Shown here: one piece after another, positions 8,272 to 17,892 of the stretch | How positions within the stretch are numbered: position 1 is the first letter of the stretch | Layout: the number at the start of each line of letters is the position of its first letter | NCBI GenBank assembly: GCA_038245435.1 | Contig: JBBRSL010000001.1 | Coordinates: 1-59,897, forward strand | DNA: 59,897 nt | From: Candidatus Saccharimonadales bacterium | Lineage (GTDB): Bacteria > Patescibacteriota > Saccharimonadia > Saccharimonadales > CAIOMD01 | Reading direction: 5' to 3' | Made by a program: the position numbers and the translations under genes | Notes under the pieces: model-generated | Database searches by the model: none | The model's input: the letters and a program-made list of their open reading frames with translations, nothing else | What the model was told of the DNA's origin: nothing

Positions 8272-9930
8272 ATGGAACAGCTACAAAATACTCTCATTAA
8301 AATCGTGAGCGATATATTTGATAAAGAAGACGTTAGTCTTGGGATAACAGTTCCTGAACCACAATTTGGTGATTTTACGAGCAATATTGCACTGAAATTG
8401 AGTAAAGAACTTGCAGCGAGTCCGCGAGAAGTAGCTTTAAAAATTAAGGATGCATTATCGCAAGAAAATTTTGAGTGGCTTAAAAGTGTCGAAATCGCGG
8501 GCCCAGGGTTCTTAAATTTTTCGCTGAGTGATTCAGCATTATGGCAACAAGCAACTGCGACGCCGCACCAAACTATGGATGGAACGCACGTCGTTCTAGA
8601 GTATTCATGCCCAAATGCCTTCAAAGAACTCCATGCTGGGCACCTTTACCAAACGTTAGTAGGTGATGTACTGGGTAATATGTTAGTTCGTGAAGGAGCA
8701 AAAGTTACAAGGACGAATTTCGGTGGTGATGTTGGATTGCACGTAGCGAAGAGTATGTGGGGCATACAGGATTTACTACAAGGTTTTGACATCGCAAAGC
8801 TTGAGGCAATGCCAAAAGATGAGCATGCAGCTTTTCTGAGCAAGGCCTATGTACATGGTGCAAAATCTTACGAAGATAATGACTTGGTGAAACTACAAGT
8901 CGAGGACTTCAATAAACAAGTTTATGGGCTCCACAGTAGTGAAAATGAGAACGATTTTTCAAAAGTGTATTGGATGTGCCGAGATTGGAGTTATGAGTAC
9001 TTTAAAGAATTTTATGAATCAATTGAAGTTGCTCCATTCGATCGTTTTTATCCTGAAAGCGAAACAGCGCCTGTCGGTCTTGGCCTAGTGCGCGGAGCAG
9101 TTGACGTGTTCGTGGAGTCAGATGGTGCCATTATTTTTAAAGGTGAAGACGTCGGTTTGCATACACGCGTATTTATTACGCGTGAGAATTTACCAACTTA
9201 CGAAACTAAAGATCTTGGCGTCATCAAGCTAGAGCACGACGAATATGATTTTGATAAGCGAGTATTAATTACCGGTAATGATCAAGCAGAATATATGAAA
9301 GTTGTCTTTGCGGCTGCAGCTCGAGTTATGCCCGATGTTGCTCAAAAAATGAAACATCTAACAAATGGCACGATTCGTTTTGGTGATGGTCAAAAAATGA
9401 GTTCGCGTTTAGGTAATGTGAGTCGTGCTATTGATGTTATTGATGGTGCCAGCCAATTAGTTGAGGCGGATAATGAAGACCTAAAAAAAGTACTTAGTCT
9501 TGGTGCGGTTAAGTATTCATTTTTAAAGCAGCGTTTTGGCGCCGATATTGCGTTTGACCTTGAAGAGTCGGTAAGCCTACATGGTAACAGTGGTCCATAC
9601 TTGCAGTACGCCTACGTGCGAGCACACAGTATTTTGCAAAAAGCTGAGGCCGTTGACGTAGAGCCAGAATTTACAGAAAGTGAAAGAGCTTTTGCGCAAA
9701 AAATAAGTCAATTCGAAGCTGTTATGGCAGATGCGGCTCGCGATTTAGCCCAACAAATTATATGCACTTATTTATATGAGCTTGCTCAAAGTTTTAATCG
9801 ATTTTATGAGGATAATAGAGTTATTGATGATGAACGACAAGCAGTCAGGCTCATGCTCGTTACGCGATACGCTCAAATCTTACATGACGGACTTGCAGTG
9901 CTTGGTATACGTGTACCAGAAAAAATGTAA
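8272..9930 (+). CDS. argS: arginine--tRNA ligase
   Basis: 552 aa. HAGHL (HIGH-like) and KMSSRLGN (KMSKS-like) motifs, a DALR-type C-terminal domain, and the protein ends in ...PEKM as ArgRS does. Confidence 0.9.
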   Translation: MEQLQNTLIKIVSDIFDKEDVSLGITVPEPQFGDFTSNIALKLSKELAASPREVALKIKDALSQENFEWLKSVEIAGPGFLNFSLSDSALWQQATATPHQTMDGTHVVLEYSCPNAFKELHAGHLYQTLVGDVLGNMLVREGAKVTRTNFGGDVGLHVAKSMWGIQDLLQGFDIAKLEAMPKDEHAAFLSKAYVHGAKSYEDNDLVKLQVEDFNKQVYGLHSSENENDFSKVYWMCRDWSYEYFKEFYESIEVAPFDRFYPESETAPVGLGLVRGAVDVFVESDGAIIFKGEDVGLHTRVFITRENLPTYETKDLGVIKLEHDEYDFDKRVLITGNDQAEYMKVVFAAAARVMPDVAQKMKHLTNGTIRFGDGQKMSSRLGNVSRAIDVIDGASQLVEADNEDLKKVLSLGAVKYSFLKQRFGADIAFDLEESVSLHGNSGPYLQYAYVRAHSILQKAEAVDVEPEFTESERAFAQKISQFEAVMADAARDLAQQIICTYLYELAQSFNRFYEDNRVIDDERQAVRLMLVTRYAQILHDGLAVLGIRVPEKM

Positions 9931-9995
9931 CGTATTTTGCGCAAACAGGGGCCGACGGTATACAATAACGCTAACGCTTCTAAAAAGGAACAATC

Positions 9996-11507
9996 GTGGC
10001 TAAAAATATACAATCTGCTTTAATCCTGCTCCCAAATCAGCTCTTTAATCCTGACTTTTTCCCAAAAGTTGATGTAGTAATTGTTGTTGAGGAGCCATTA
10101 CTGTTTGGTACTGACACCCAGTTTCCGCTGCCCATGCATAAACAAAAGTTAGTTTTGCATCGAGCAAGTGTGCGCCAATATATCGAGCAAGTTTTGTGGG
10201 CGCGCGACATTAATGTCGAATATATGGAGCTCGAAAGTGTTGAGTTTACGGCACAGCCGCTGGTACGTGCCCAGCATTTAGGGGCCGAACTTGTCTATAT
10301 GTTTGATCCTACTGATCACGCAATCGAACAACGCTATAAAAAAGCTCTCGAAACTGAAATCAAAACACCATTTGAGCTTCGTATCGAGCCAAGCCCGAGC
10401 TTTATGTTGCGACGTGGCGAAGTACAAGAATATTTCGGAGCCAAGATTAAGCATAAATTTGCGGATTTCTACCAGTGGCAACGTGAACGCTTTAATATTT
10501 TGATTGATGAAAACTATAAACCCGAGGGCGGTAAATGGAGTTACGATATAGAAAATCGTAAAAGTTTGCCAAAAGGGCATGTTGTACCAGGTTTTGCGAG
10601 TTTTGGCGCCAATAGCTATGTAGAAGACGCTAAAAAATGGGTTGAAAAGAACTTTAGTGATAATCCTGGTAGTGTTGAAAACTTTTTTTGGCCAACGAGC
10701 CATGAAGATGCAAAAGCTTGGTTGCAGGATTTTATCAAGACGCGTTTAACCGATTTTGGTCCTTTCGAAGATGCTATAGATGGCCAGGCAGTACTGCAGT
10801 ATCACAGTGGTTTATCAGCGCCTTTGAATATCGGATTACTCACCCCGAGCGAAGTTATTGAGGCGGTTGTTGAACATCACAAAAAGTCGCCCGTACCACT
10901 GCCAAGCCTCGAAGGCTTTATCCGTCAGGTTATTGGATGGCGTGAGTATGTACGTGGGCTGTATGTTACGCAACAGGTTTCGATGCGCAACGCCAACGAG
11001 CTCGGGCATAGCCGAAATCTTGGCCCGGCCTGGTGGAGCGCAGAAACTGGCATTCCGCCACTTGATGATGTCATCACAAAAGTGCAAGCACATGCATATG
11101 CGCATCACATAGAGCGATTAATGATAGTTGGTAACCTGATGCTACTCTGTGAAACCAAGCCAACAGAAGTTTACCGTTGGTATATGAGCCTGTTCATAGA
11201 TGCCTACGACTGGGTGATGGTGCCAAATGTCTATGGTATGAGCCAGTTCAGCGATTTAGGTAGTATGGTCACTAAGCCGTATATATCAGGTAGCAACTAT
11301 ATTTTAAAAATGAGCCACTACGAAAAGGGTGACTGGTGTGATGTTTGGGACGGCCTATTTTGGGACTTTGTCGAAAAACACTCGAGTCTACTTGCTAAAA
11401 ACCCGCGCACAAGCATGATGGTAAAGCAGTTAGGCAAGATTAACCCCGATAGGCGTCGTATCATTGCGTATCGGGCCCAAGACTTCTTAGCGTCTATTGC
11501 CCCTTAA
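9996..11507 (+). CDS. cryptochrome/photolyase-related protein (COG3046-type)
   Basis: GTG start follows AAAGGAA. 503 aa. The overall pattern (N-terminal alpha/beta domain, C-terminal FAD-binding helical domain with HHIERLM) matches the deoxyribodipyrimidine photolyase-related family. Confidence 0.7.
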   Translation: MAKNIQSALILLPNQLFNPDFFPKVDVVIVVEEPLLFGTDTQFPLPMHKQKLVLHRASVRQYIEQVLWARDINVEYMELESVEFTAQPLVRAQHLGAELVYMFDPTDHAIEQRYKKALETEIKTPFELRIEPSPSFMLRRGEVQEYFGAKIKHKFADFYQWQRERFNILIDENYKPEGGKWSYDIENRKSLPKGHVVPGFASFGANSYVEDAKKWVEKNFSDNPGSVENFFWPTSHEDAKAWLQDFIKTRLTDFGPFEDAIDGQAVLQYHSGLSAPLNIGLLTPSEVIEAVVEHHKKSPVPLPSLEGFIRQVIGWREYVRGLYVTQQVSMRNANELGHSRNLGPAWWSAETGIPPLDDVITKVQAHAYAHHIERLMIVGNLMLLCETKPTEVYRWYMSLFIDAYDWVMVPNVYGMSQFSDLGSMVTKPYISGSNYILKMSHYEKGDWCDVWDGLFWDFVEKHSSLLAKNPRTSMMVKQLGKINPDRRRIIAYRAQDFLASIAP

Positions 11508-11548
11508 TCAGTTAATGGTGTACACTGCCCCTATAACAGGAGAGTGCC

Positions 11549-11974
11549 ATGGATTTCGGGAGCGCAATCGGGAATCTAAACTGGTGGGCAGTCTTAGTGA
11601 GTTTGGGTGCAGTTATGGTGGTTAGCAGCCTATGGTATGCCAATTTTTTATTTGGTAAAGCGTGGATAGCTGCCGTTGGCAAGACACGGATTGAGCTTCA
11701 GCAGGGGAGATCGATGTTATGGCTCATGCTTGCAACGCTTTTTTGGTCGGCACTACTAGTACTAACTATTGCAGTTCTTGAGCAGTTTATGATAATCGGC
11801 GGCTGGCAAGATGGCCTTTTGCTTGGCCTAACGCTTGGGTTTGGTATCGCTGTTGCGAGCGGTAATTTACACGCACTACTTGAAAACAGATTTAACTCAC
11901 TCGTATGGATTACTTCTGGGCATAATGTCTTGGCCTGCGTTATCCCGGCTATTATTTTAGCTGTCTGGAAGTAA
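11549..11974 (+). CDS. DUF1761 family membrane protein
   Basis: 141 aa with 4 TM segments. LNWWAVLVS...LWYANFLFGKAW matches the DUF1761 N-terminal motif. Confidence 0.55.
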   Translation: MDFGSAIGNLNWWAVLVSLGAVMVVSSLWYANFLFGKAWIAAVGKTRIELQQGRSMLWLMLATLFWSALLVLTIAVLEQFMIIGGWQDGLLLGLTLGFGIAVASGNLHALLENRFNSLVWITSGHNVLACVIPAIILAVWK

Positions 11975-12061
11975 CGCTCGTTTAAAGTAGAGACAACTTT
12001 TTGTTGTGTTTTAGGATATCTATGGGTCTGCAATCGCAATAGACGCTTTATACTTAAAAGT

Positions 12062-12460
12062 ATGCATAAAACAAATGCCCAGTGGAAAAAAGAGCTCACA
12101 CCAGAACAATATTCTGTACTGCGCGAAAAAGCGATCGAAGCTCCATTTTCTGGTGAACTTTTATATAACGAGTAAGATGGTATGTATGTGTGCGCGGCCT
12201 GTGGTGCAGATTTGTTTGCGAGTCAGCACAAGTTTGAAGCCGCCTGCGGTTGGCCTAGTTTTTATGATGTGGCGAGCAGTGGTGATGTTCGCTTAGTTGA
12301 AGATAATGCACATGGCATGCGCAGGGTTGAGGTGCTCTGCAAGGCTTGCGAAGGCCATCTTGGTCATGTGTTCCGTGACGCGCCCGATCAACCAACCGGG
12401 ATTCGCTTTTGTATAAATTCGGTTGCACTCGATTTTAAAGCAGATAAGAAAGGCTTATAA
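12062..12460 (+). pseudogene. msrB: peptide-methionine (R)-S-oxide reductase MsrB interrupted by an in-frame TAA (12173-12175)
   Basis: ATG at 12062 encodes MHKTNAQWKKELTPEQYSVLREKAIEAPFSGELLYNE, then TAA. The same frame continues DGMYVCAACGADLF...GWPSF...CKACEGHLGHVF...RFCINS (ORF 12182..12460). Together the two pieces form a colinear full-length MsrB. Confidence 0.75.
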
Positions 12461-12462
12461 GC

Positions 12463-12837
12463 ATGATTCTTAAAACTGATAACCAAAACTTAATCATTGA
12501 GCTACACGGCAAAGAACAGGTACTCGCCGTAAAAGCTAAAGTAACGGTGCCTAAGAGTACCATTGTCACCTGTGAGTGGCGTGAAACGTTTCATGAGTGG
12601 CGTAAGTGGGAAGTCCGCCTGCCTGGCGCTGGAATCCCCAAGCGAGTCATAGCGGGTAGTTTCTGGACCGAAGAAGGTTGGGACTTTTTATACCTGTTAA
12701 AACCACATAGCTACATCAACCCATTCGTCCATAGCGTTTTATTTATCGAAACAACTGAAAATAAATTCAAGCGAATTGTTGTCAGCTGCAACAAAGAAGA
12801 GGCTGACAATATTGCCAAATGGGCGAAGAAAAAATAA
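12463..12837 (+). CDS. hypothetical protein
   Basis: 124-aa ORF. Its stop overlaps the orn start (TAATG). No recognised domain. Confidence 0.5.
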   Translation: MILKTDNQNLIIELHGKEQVLAVKAKVTVPKSTIVTCEWRETFHEWRKWEVRLPGAGIPKRVIAGSFWTEEGWDFLYLLKPHSYINPFVHSVLFIETTENKFKRIVVSCNKEEADNIAKWAKKK

Positions 12838-13373
12838 TGGCTGACGTTAAACATGCCATAAGCACAAAGTTGTTATGGGTTGATTTAGAAATGACCGGCC
12901 TTGAGCCAGAAACAGATAGAATTTTAGAAGTTGCGGCCATTGTGACCGATTTCGATTTTAATGAGCTTGGTAGATTTGAGTCTGCTGTAAATCAAGATAT
13001 CAGTGTTTTAAATGCTATGAATGATTGGTGTAAAGAAACGCACAATGCAAGTGGACTTGTAAAAAGAGTAATGACGGCACCGAGCGAACAAAAGGTGGCT
13101 GCAGATTTTAAGGCGTTTATTAAAAAAAACTTTGAAGAGCCGGCAGTACTTGCCGGCAACAGCATCCAACAGGACAGACGCTTTATTCGAAAGTGGTGGC
13201 CCGAAGTTGAGAGCCTGCTGCATTACCGCCTAATGGATGTCAGTAGCTACAAAATTATTATGCAGGGCAAGTATGGTATTGAATTTGATAAAAAAGAATC
13301 GCATCGTGCGCTTGATGACATCGAAGAATCAATAGCCGAGCTCAAATTTTATTTACAAAATACTAGAACCTAA
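12837..13373 (+). CDS. orn: oligoribonuclease
   Basis: LLWVDLEMTGLEP (DEDD exo I), a later exo motif in the family order, and H-x4-D (HRALDDI). Length about 178 aa. Confidence 0.85.
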   Translation: MADVKHAISTKLLWVDLEMTGLEPETDRILEVAAIVTDFDFNELGRFESAVNQDISVLNAMNDWCKETHNASGLVKRVMTAPSEQKVAADFKAFIKKNFEEPAVLAGNSIQQDRRFIRKWWPEVESLLHYRLMDVSSYKIIMQGKYGIEFDKKESHRALDDIEESIAELKFYLQNTRT

Positions 13374-13400
13374 CACCGATAACCTGTAACCTATAAGCAA

Positions 13401-13718
13401 ATGACCCATAAAGAGATTGAAGAATATATTTTAAGCATGCCAAATGCACGACTTGATTATCCATTCGGCAAGGACGTTGCCGTATATAAGGTCGAAGATA
13501 AAATGTTCGCTCTCATTGCTGAGGGCACGGACCCAATTCGGCTCAGTCTTAAGTGTGACCCGCAACTAGCAAAACTTTTGCGAGACAAATATGAAACCGT
13601 CATGGAAGGTTACCACTTAAATAAAAAGCACTGGAACACGTTACTTTTAACAGGGCAGGTACCCTTAGACGAAGTACAAGATCTTATTCGGCATAGCTAC
13701 GAACTTGTTATAGCTTAG
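13401..13718 (+). CDS. MmcQ/YjbR family DNA-binding protein
   Basis: 105 aa. PFGKDVAVYKV..KMFALI and HLNKKHWNT match the YjbR family pattern. Confidence 0.6.
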   Translation: MTHKEIEEYILSMPNARLDYPFGKDVAVYKVEDKMFALIAEGTDPIRLSLKCDPQLAKLLRDKYETVMEGYHLNKKHWNTLLLTGQVPLDEVQDLIRHSYELVIA

Positions 13719-14308
13719 TTTTTAGCAGCAGTACTCGGAACGAGCAAGTCGAGCTGGCGGTAAAAATCTGATAGTTGCTTTTTTTGCTTTGTAGAGCTGA
13801 TAGCGTTGTAGGCATTATTGAGCTTTGCGCGGTAAACTCCAACTTTGTCAGATAGAATTTTTTGATAAGTCGTATCGTAGACATTGTCTTCGGTCGCTTT
13901 TTTAAGGGTAGCGATATAGGTGGAGTCCTGATATATTTTTGCTTGCTTAGCAACGTCTTTACCAGCACCATACGATGCAAGTAGCTTTTTCGTATCGCCA
14001 TTTTGGCTGGTTACGGTTAGCTTAATCATCGTTGCATCAGACTTTAGTGTAGAATCACGTAGCTTAGTGTCGCCATCTTTTGTGAGTGCGATGATATCAG
14101 CTTGGGCTGCGGCTACTTCTAAGAGTGGTTTCTTTGGCCCAGAATTACCTGAAAATACAAAGCTAAAGACAATGCCGAACACAAGAACCAGAATACCCAC
14201 TACGACGATGATCTGAAGAATGCGACCTTTTTGTGTCGCGGCTCCGCCAAAACCTCGTTTAGGAGCTGGCGTATTTAAAAAATCGTACGGATTTTGGTTT
14301 GGTGGCAT
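13715..14308 (-). CDS. hypothetical membrane-anchored protein
   Basis: 197 aa. One TM helix (ILQIIVVVGILVLVFGIVFSFVF) follows a short Pro-rich N-terminus, and the extracytoplasmic part is helical. Confidence 0.55.
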   Translation of the reverse strand: MPPNQNPYDFLNTPAPKRGFGGAATQKGRILQIIVVVGILVLVFGIVFSFVFSGNSGPKKPLLEVAAAQADIIALTKDGDTKLRDSTLKSDATMIKLTVTSQNGDTKKLLASYGAGKDVAKQAKIYQDSTYIATLKKATEDNVYDTTYQKILSDKVGVYRAKLNNAYNAISSTKQKKQLSDFYRQLDLLVPSTAAKN

Positions 14309-14377
14309 TACGCTTTAGTTTACAGCAACGTGGTTATCCTTGCCAGTTACCCCATATTGCCTGATACTAGAAACTAA

Positions 14378-16120
14378 ATGGATGCAGTTGAAGATATAAA
14401 ATCACGGCTCACGATTGAAGACGTTGTTGGTGACTACGTCGAACTTAAACGTGCCGGCCGCAACTTTAAGGGATTGTCACCCTTTAACGCCGAACGCAGC
14501 CCGAGCTTTATGGTCAGCCCAGAAAAACAAATTTGGCACGACTTTAGTAGCGGTAAGGGTGGCAATATGTTCAGTTTTGTCATGGAAATGGAAGGTGTCG
14601 ACTTTAAAGGTGCGCTTGATATTTTAGCGCGCAAAGCCGGGCTCGATTTAAGCCTGTATGGCCGTGGTGATAGCAAAGTTCGTGAGCGAAAAGATAAAGC
14701 TCTTGAAGCACTCGAACTTGCGACGAAGTACTATCAGCAGAGTTTACTTGGGCAGCCTACAGCGCTTGATTACGTTCTTAAAAAACGGGGCTTTAATCGC
14801 CAGACACTCACCAGTTTTCGTTTGGGCTACTCACCAAACAGCGGTGCCGCATTATCGGATTTTTTGCATAAACGTGGTTTTACTGAAGAAACAATCAAGC
14901 TTGCCGGGCTCGGCTCTGTTAGTTCGCGAGGGCCTTACGACATGTTTCGCGGACGAATAATGGTACCACTTATGGACGGGCAGGGGTCGGTCATCGGTTT
15001 TACGGCCCGACTTCTCGAAGATGATCCAAATGCACCAAAGTACATAAATACTCCGCAGACGTTGCTTTACGATAAGAGCCGGCATGTCTTTGGCCTACAC
15101 CTTGCAAAAGATGCGATTCGCACAACCGGTTTTGCGGTTGTAGTTGAGGGCAACCTTGATGTCGTGAGTACACACCAAGCGGGCTATAACAATGTAGTTG
15201 CCACTGCCGGGACCGCCATCACGCAATCACATCTTAAAACAGTCAACCGCTTTACAAATGATATTCGACTTTGCTTTGACCAAGATAGGGCAGGTATTGC
15301 CGCAGCTGAGCGTGCAATTAGTGTTGCCCAAGCAGCTGGCACAAAACTTTCGATTATTACCATTCCAGACGGCAAAGACCCTGATGAACTAGTGCGCAAA
15401 GACCCGGCAGCCTGGGAAAAAGCAATTCACGAACCCCAATATGCCGTTGATTGGCTAATTGATAGGTATACCGATATGTATGACCTAAACACGGCACACG
15501 GTAAACGCATATTTAGTGATGTACTTCTTGCAACCGTAGCCAAGCTCGAAGACCAAGTTGAACAAGATCACTACTTGTTGAAACTTGCTAAAACGACAGA
15601 AGTAAGTGAGTCGGCAATCCGTACAAAACTGCAAATATTTAAGGGCGAAAAACAGTCACCACTCCGTAAACCGAAGCATCAGGTAGAAATGGTTACGAGC
15701 GACCCAACGTTATACGAAGACCAGCTGCTGAGCCTTGCGGTTACGTACTCGCTGACGCGTAGATTTTTGCAAACCGAAACGGGCAGGTTGATATTTGCGA
15801 CGCCTGAACGGCAACGTGTTTATGAGTATATTGAAGCAAATCCACATGCTTCATTTACAGATTCTATCCCTGAAGATTTGAAAGATGTCGAAGATTATGT
15901 AAAAATACTACTATTCAAGGCCGAAGAATTATATGCAGCCTTTGACGCCAACGAGCGTTTGCGTGAATTACGCGATCTAGTCCATAGACTAACAACGGAA
16001 TATCAAAAACAACAAAAAAAGGATTTGAGTGCTTTAATTCGCGAGGCAGAAACTGCCGGTGACGATAAGAAAGTCGACGAACTTCTAAACCAATTTAATA
16101 CTCTACTTAAAAAAGAGTAA
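14378..16120 (+). CDS. dnaG: DNA primase
   Basis: N-terminal DnaG zinc-finger-region pattern ([51 protein letters not shown]), although the canonical zinc-ligand Cys residues are not visible in it. A TOPRIM EGNLDV motif is present and rpoD lies downstream. Confidence 0.9.
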   Translation: MDAVEDIKSRLTIEDVVGDYVELKRAGRNFKGLSPFNAERSPSFMVSPEKQIWHDFSSGKGGNMFSFVMEMEGVDFKGALDILARKAGLDLSLYGRGDSKVRERKDKALEALELATKYYQQSLLGQPTALDYVLKKRGFNRQTLTSFRLGYSPNSGAALSDFLHKRGFTEETIKLAGLGSVSSRGPYDMFRGRIMVPLMDGQGSVIGFTARLLEDDPNAPKYINTPQTLLYDKSRHVFGLHLAKDAIRTTGFAVVVEGNLDVVSTHQAGYNNVVATAGTAITQSHLKTVNRFTNDIRLCFDQDRAGIAAAERAISVAQAAGTKLSIITIPDGKDPDELVRKDPAAWEKAIHEPQYAVDWLIDRYTDMYDLNTAHGKRIFSDVLLATVAKLEDQVEQDHYLLKLAKTTEVSESAIRTKLQIFKGEKQSPLRKPKHQVEMVTSDPTLYEDQLLSLAVTYSLTRRFLQTETGRLIFATPERQRVYEYIEANPHASFTDSIPEDLKDVEDYVKILLFKAEELYAAFDANERLRELRDLVHRLTTEYQKQQKKDLSALIREAETAGDDKKVDELLNQFNTLLKKE

Positions 16121-16133
16121 AGGAGAGCTGCCC

Positions 16134-17246
16134 ATGGCTGACGATAAAACGAGTATTGATATTAATGCGCTAAAAGTCCAATTACTCGAACAAGGTAAAA
16201 AAGATGGCAAGCTTGAGCAAAAAGAAATTTTTAAACTTATTGCAGATACTGCCGAGAATCTTGATACGCTCGATGCGTTATACGCTGAGCTCGTTGAAGC
16301 CAACGTAGAACTTGTAGCTGCTGAAGAGCCATCACCAGAAGAAATCGTTGCCGATGAATGGGCTACAGAAGATGAAGAAGAAGTCTTTGTAAATCCAACT
16401 GCCTATTTAGATGATGTTTCAGATGACTCGGTTCGTTTGTACCTACGTGAAATTGGTAAGATTCCACTTTTGACCGCCGAACAAGAACTGACACTCGCAC
16501 ACCGTGTTGTAGCGGGCGAAAAAGATGCTAAAGATAAAATGGCCGAAGCTAATATGCGTTTAGTCGTTTCTATCGCGAAGCGATATGTTGGCCGTGGACT
16601 TGATTTGCTTGATCTTATCCAAGAAGGTAACACTGGCTTACTCCGTGCGGTTGAAAAGTTTGACCCAGATAAGGGATTTAAGTTTAGTACCTACGCAACT
16701 TGGTGGATTCGACAGGCCATTACGCGCGCCATTGCCGACCAAGCGCGCACTATTCGTATTCCTGTACACATGGTTGAAACTATTAACAAGCTACTTCGCA
16801 CGCAACGTCGGTTAACGCAAGAACTCAACCGTGAGCCAACTAACGAAGAAATTGCCAAAGAAATGGAAATTGAAGTCGAAAAAGTTGAACACATCATGAA
16901 GATTAAGCAAGACATTCACTCGCTTGACCAGAGCGTACGTGATGACGAAGAAGACAGTGTGCTTGGTGACTTTGTCGAAGATGAGGATACTATTAGCCCT
17001 GAGGATTCAGCCGCTAATCAGTTATTGAAAGAGCAAGTTAAGGATTTGTTGAGTAGCCTTAGCGAACGTGAACAAAAAATTGTACGCCTTCGTTTTGGAC
17101 TTGAGGATGGCAAAAGCCATACCCTCGAAGAAGTTGGCCAAGAATTTAGTGTAACGCGTGAGCGTATCCGCCAAATTGAGGCAAAGGCACTAGCTAAACT
17201 TCGCAAGCACAAAGATAGCAAGCGCTTGCTCGACTACCTACGCTAG
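16134..17246 (+). CDS. rpoD: RNA polymerase sigma factor RpoD (primary sigma)
   Basis: Regions 1.2-4.2 are recognisable ([55 protein letters not shown]). Confidence 0.95.
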   Translation: MADDKTSIDINALKVQLLEQGKKDGKLEQKEIFKLIADTAENLDTLDALYAELVEANVELVAAEEPSPEEIVADEWATEDEEEVFVNPTAYLDDVSDDSVRLYLREIGKIPLLTAEQELTLAHRVVAGEKDAKDKMAEANMRLVVSIAKRYVGRGLDLLDLIQEGNTGLLRAVEKFDPDKGFKFSTYATWWIRQAITRAIADQARTIRIPVHMVETINKLLRTQRRLTQELNREPTNEEIAKEMEIEVEKVEHIMKIKQDIHSLDQSVRDDEEDSVLGDFVEDEDTISPEDSAANQLLKEQVKDLLSSLSEREQKIVRLRFGLEDGKSHTLEEVGQEFSVTRERIRQIEAKALAKLRKHKDSKRLLDYLR

Positions 17247-17822
17247 AGTAGTAATTATTTTGTTCTCTGCAAGCACTGCTTCGAGCTGTGAGTATAAGTC
17301 TGCAACTGCATTTGAACTATTGTTGAGTGTGTAATCTGCGTAGGCAATTGGACCGCCTTTTTCGAGGTTCTCAATTTCGCTTATTTCTCGAGTAATGAGC
17401 TCTTGTAGCGTATAGGTACGGTGCGAATCTTTACGGTTAAGTACTCGTTCGCGGCGTAGTTTTTTTGGAGCCGTAGTCGCTATCGTTAGCAATCTATCAC
17501 CGAACTCGTCGGCTAGATAGGTATATTCGCTCCAGCTGTATAATCCGTCGAGTAAAATAACAGGGTTTGCTTTTGCATCAAGATCTTTGATGGTAGTAGT
17601 GACGCGCTTTGCCAGTACGGCCGGGCCCTCTTGCCTGCGCATATCCTCCCGTACAAATATTTCATCATTAACGTTATGAAGTCCACGACGTGCAACTTCT
17701 TCGTATACCATGTTTCCAAAATGTAAAACTGGCCAACCGTATTTTTGAGATAAATAGTCGCTGCAAGTACCTTTACCACTTCCGGGCATTCCAACAAAAG
17801 CTATCACAAGTGGGCTATTCAT
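17238..17822 (-). CDS. P-loop nucleotide kinase (dephospho-CoA kinase / adenylate kinase-like fold)
   Basis: Walker [10 protein letters not shown] at the N-terminus and length 194 aa. Substrate specificity cannot be read from the sequence. Confidence 0.5.
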   Translation of the reverse strand: MNSPLVIAFVGMPGSGKGTCSDYLSQKYGWPVLHFGNMVYEEVARRGLHNVNDEIFVREDMRRQEGPAVLAKRVTTTIKDLDAKANPVILLDGLYSWSEYTYLADEFGDRLLTIATTAPKKLRRERVLNRKDSHRTYTLQELITREISEIENLEKGGPIAYADYTLNNSSNAVADLYSQLEAVLAENKIITTLA

Positions 17823-17861
17823 TACTCTGACAATACCAGAAACTACTTATTAGGTCATAGT

Positions 17862-17882
17862 CGTTTGTAAATAATACAAACG
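17862..17882. promoter_or_regulatory. perfect palindrome CGTTTGTA-AATAA-TACAAACG, candidate operator
   Basis: 8-bp arms around a 5-bp centre in the divergent intergenic region 11 nt upstream of the first carotenoid-operon ORF. It overlaps an AT-rich -10-like TAAATAAT. Confidence 0.4.
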
Positions 17883-17892
17883 GTTATCTATT

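Noticed and set aside
12075-12296. 73-aa ORF overlapping msrB in another frame
   Set aside because: It is out of frame with the two colinear MsrB pieces and has no recognisable features.
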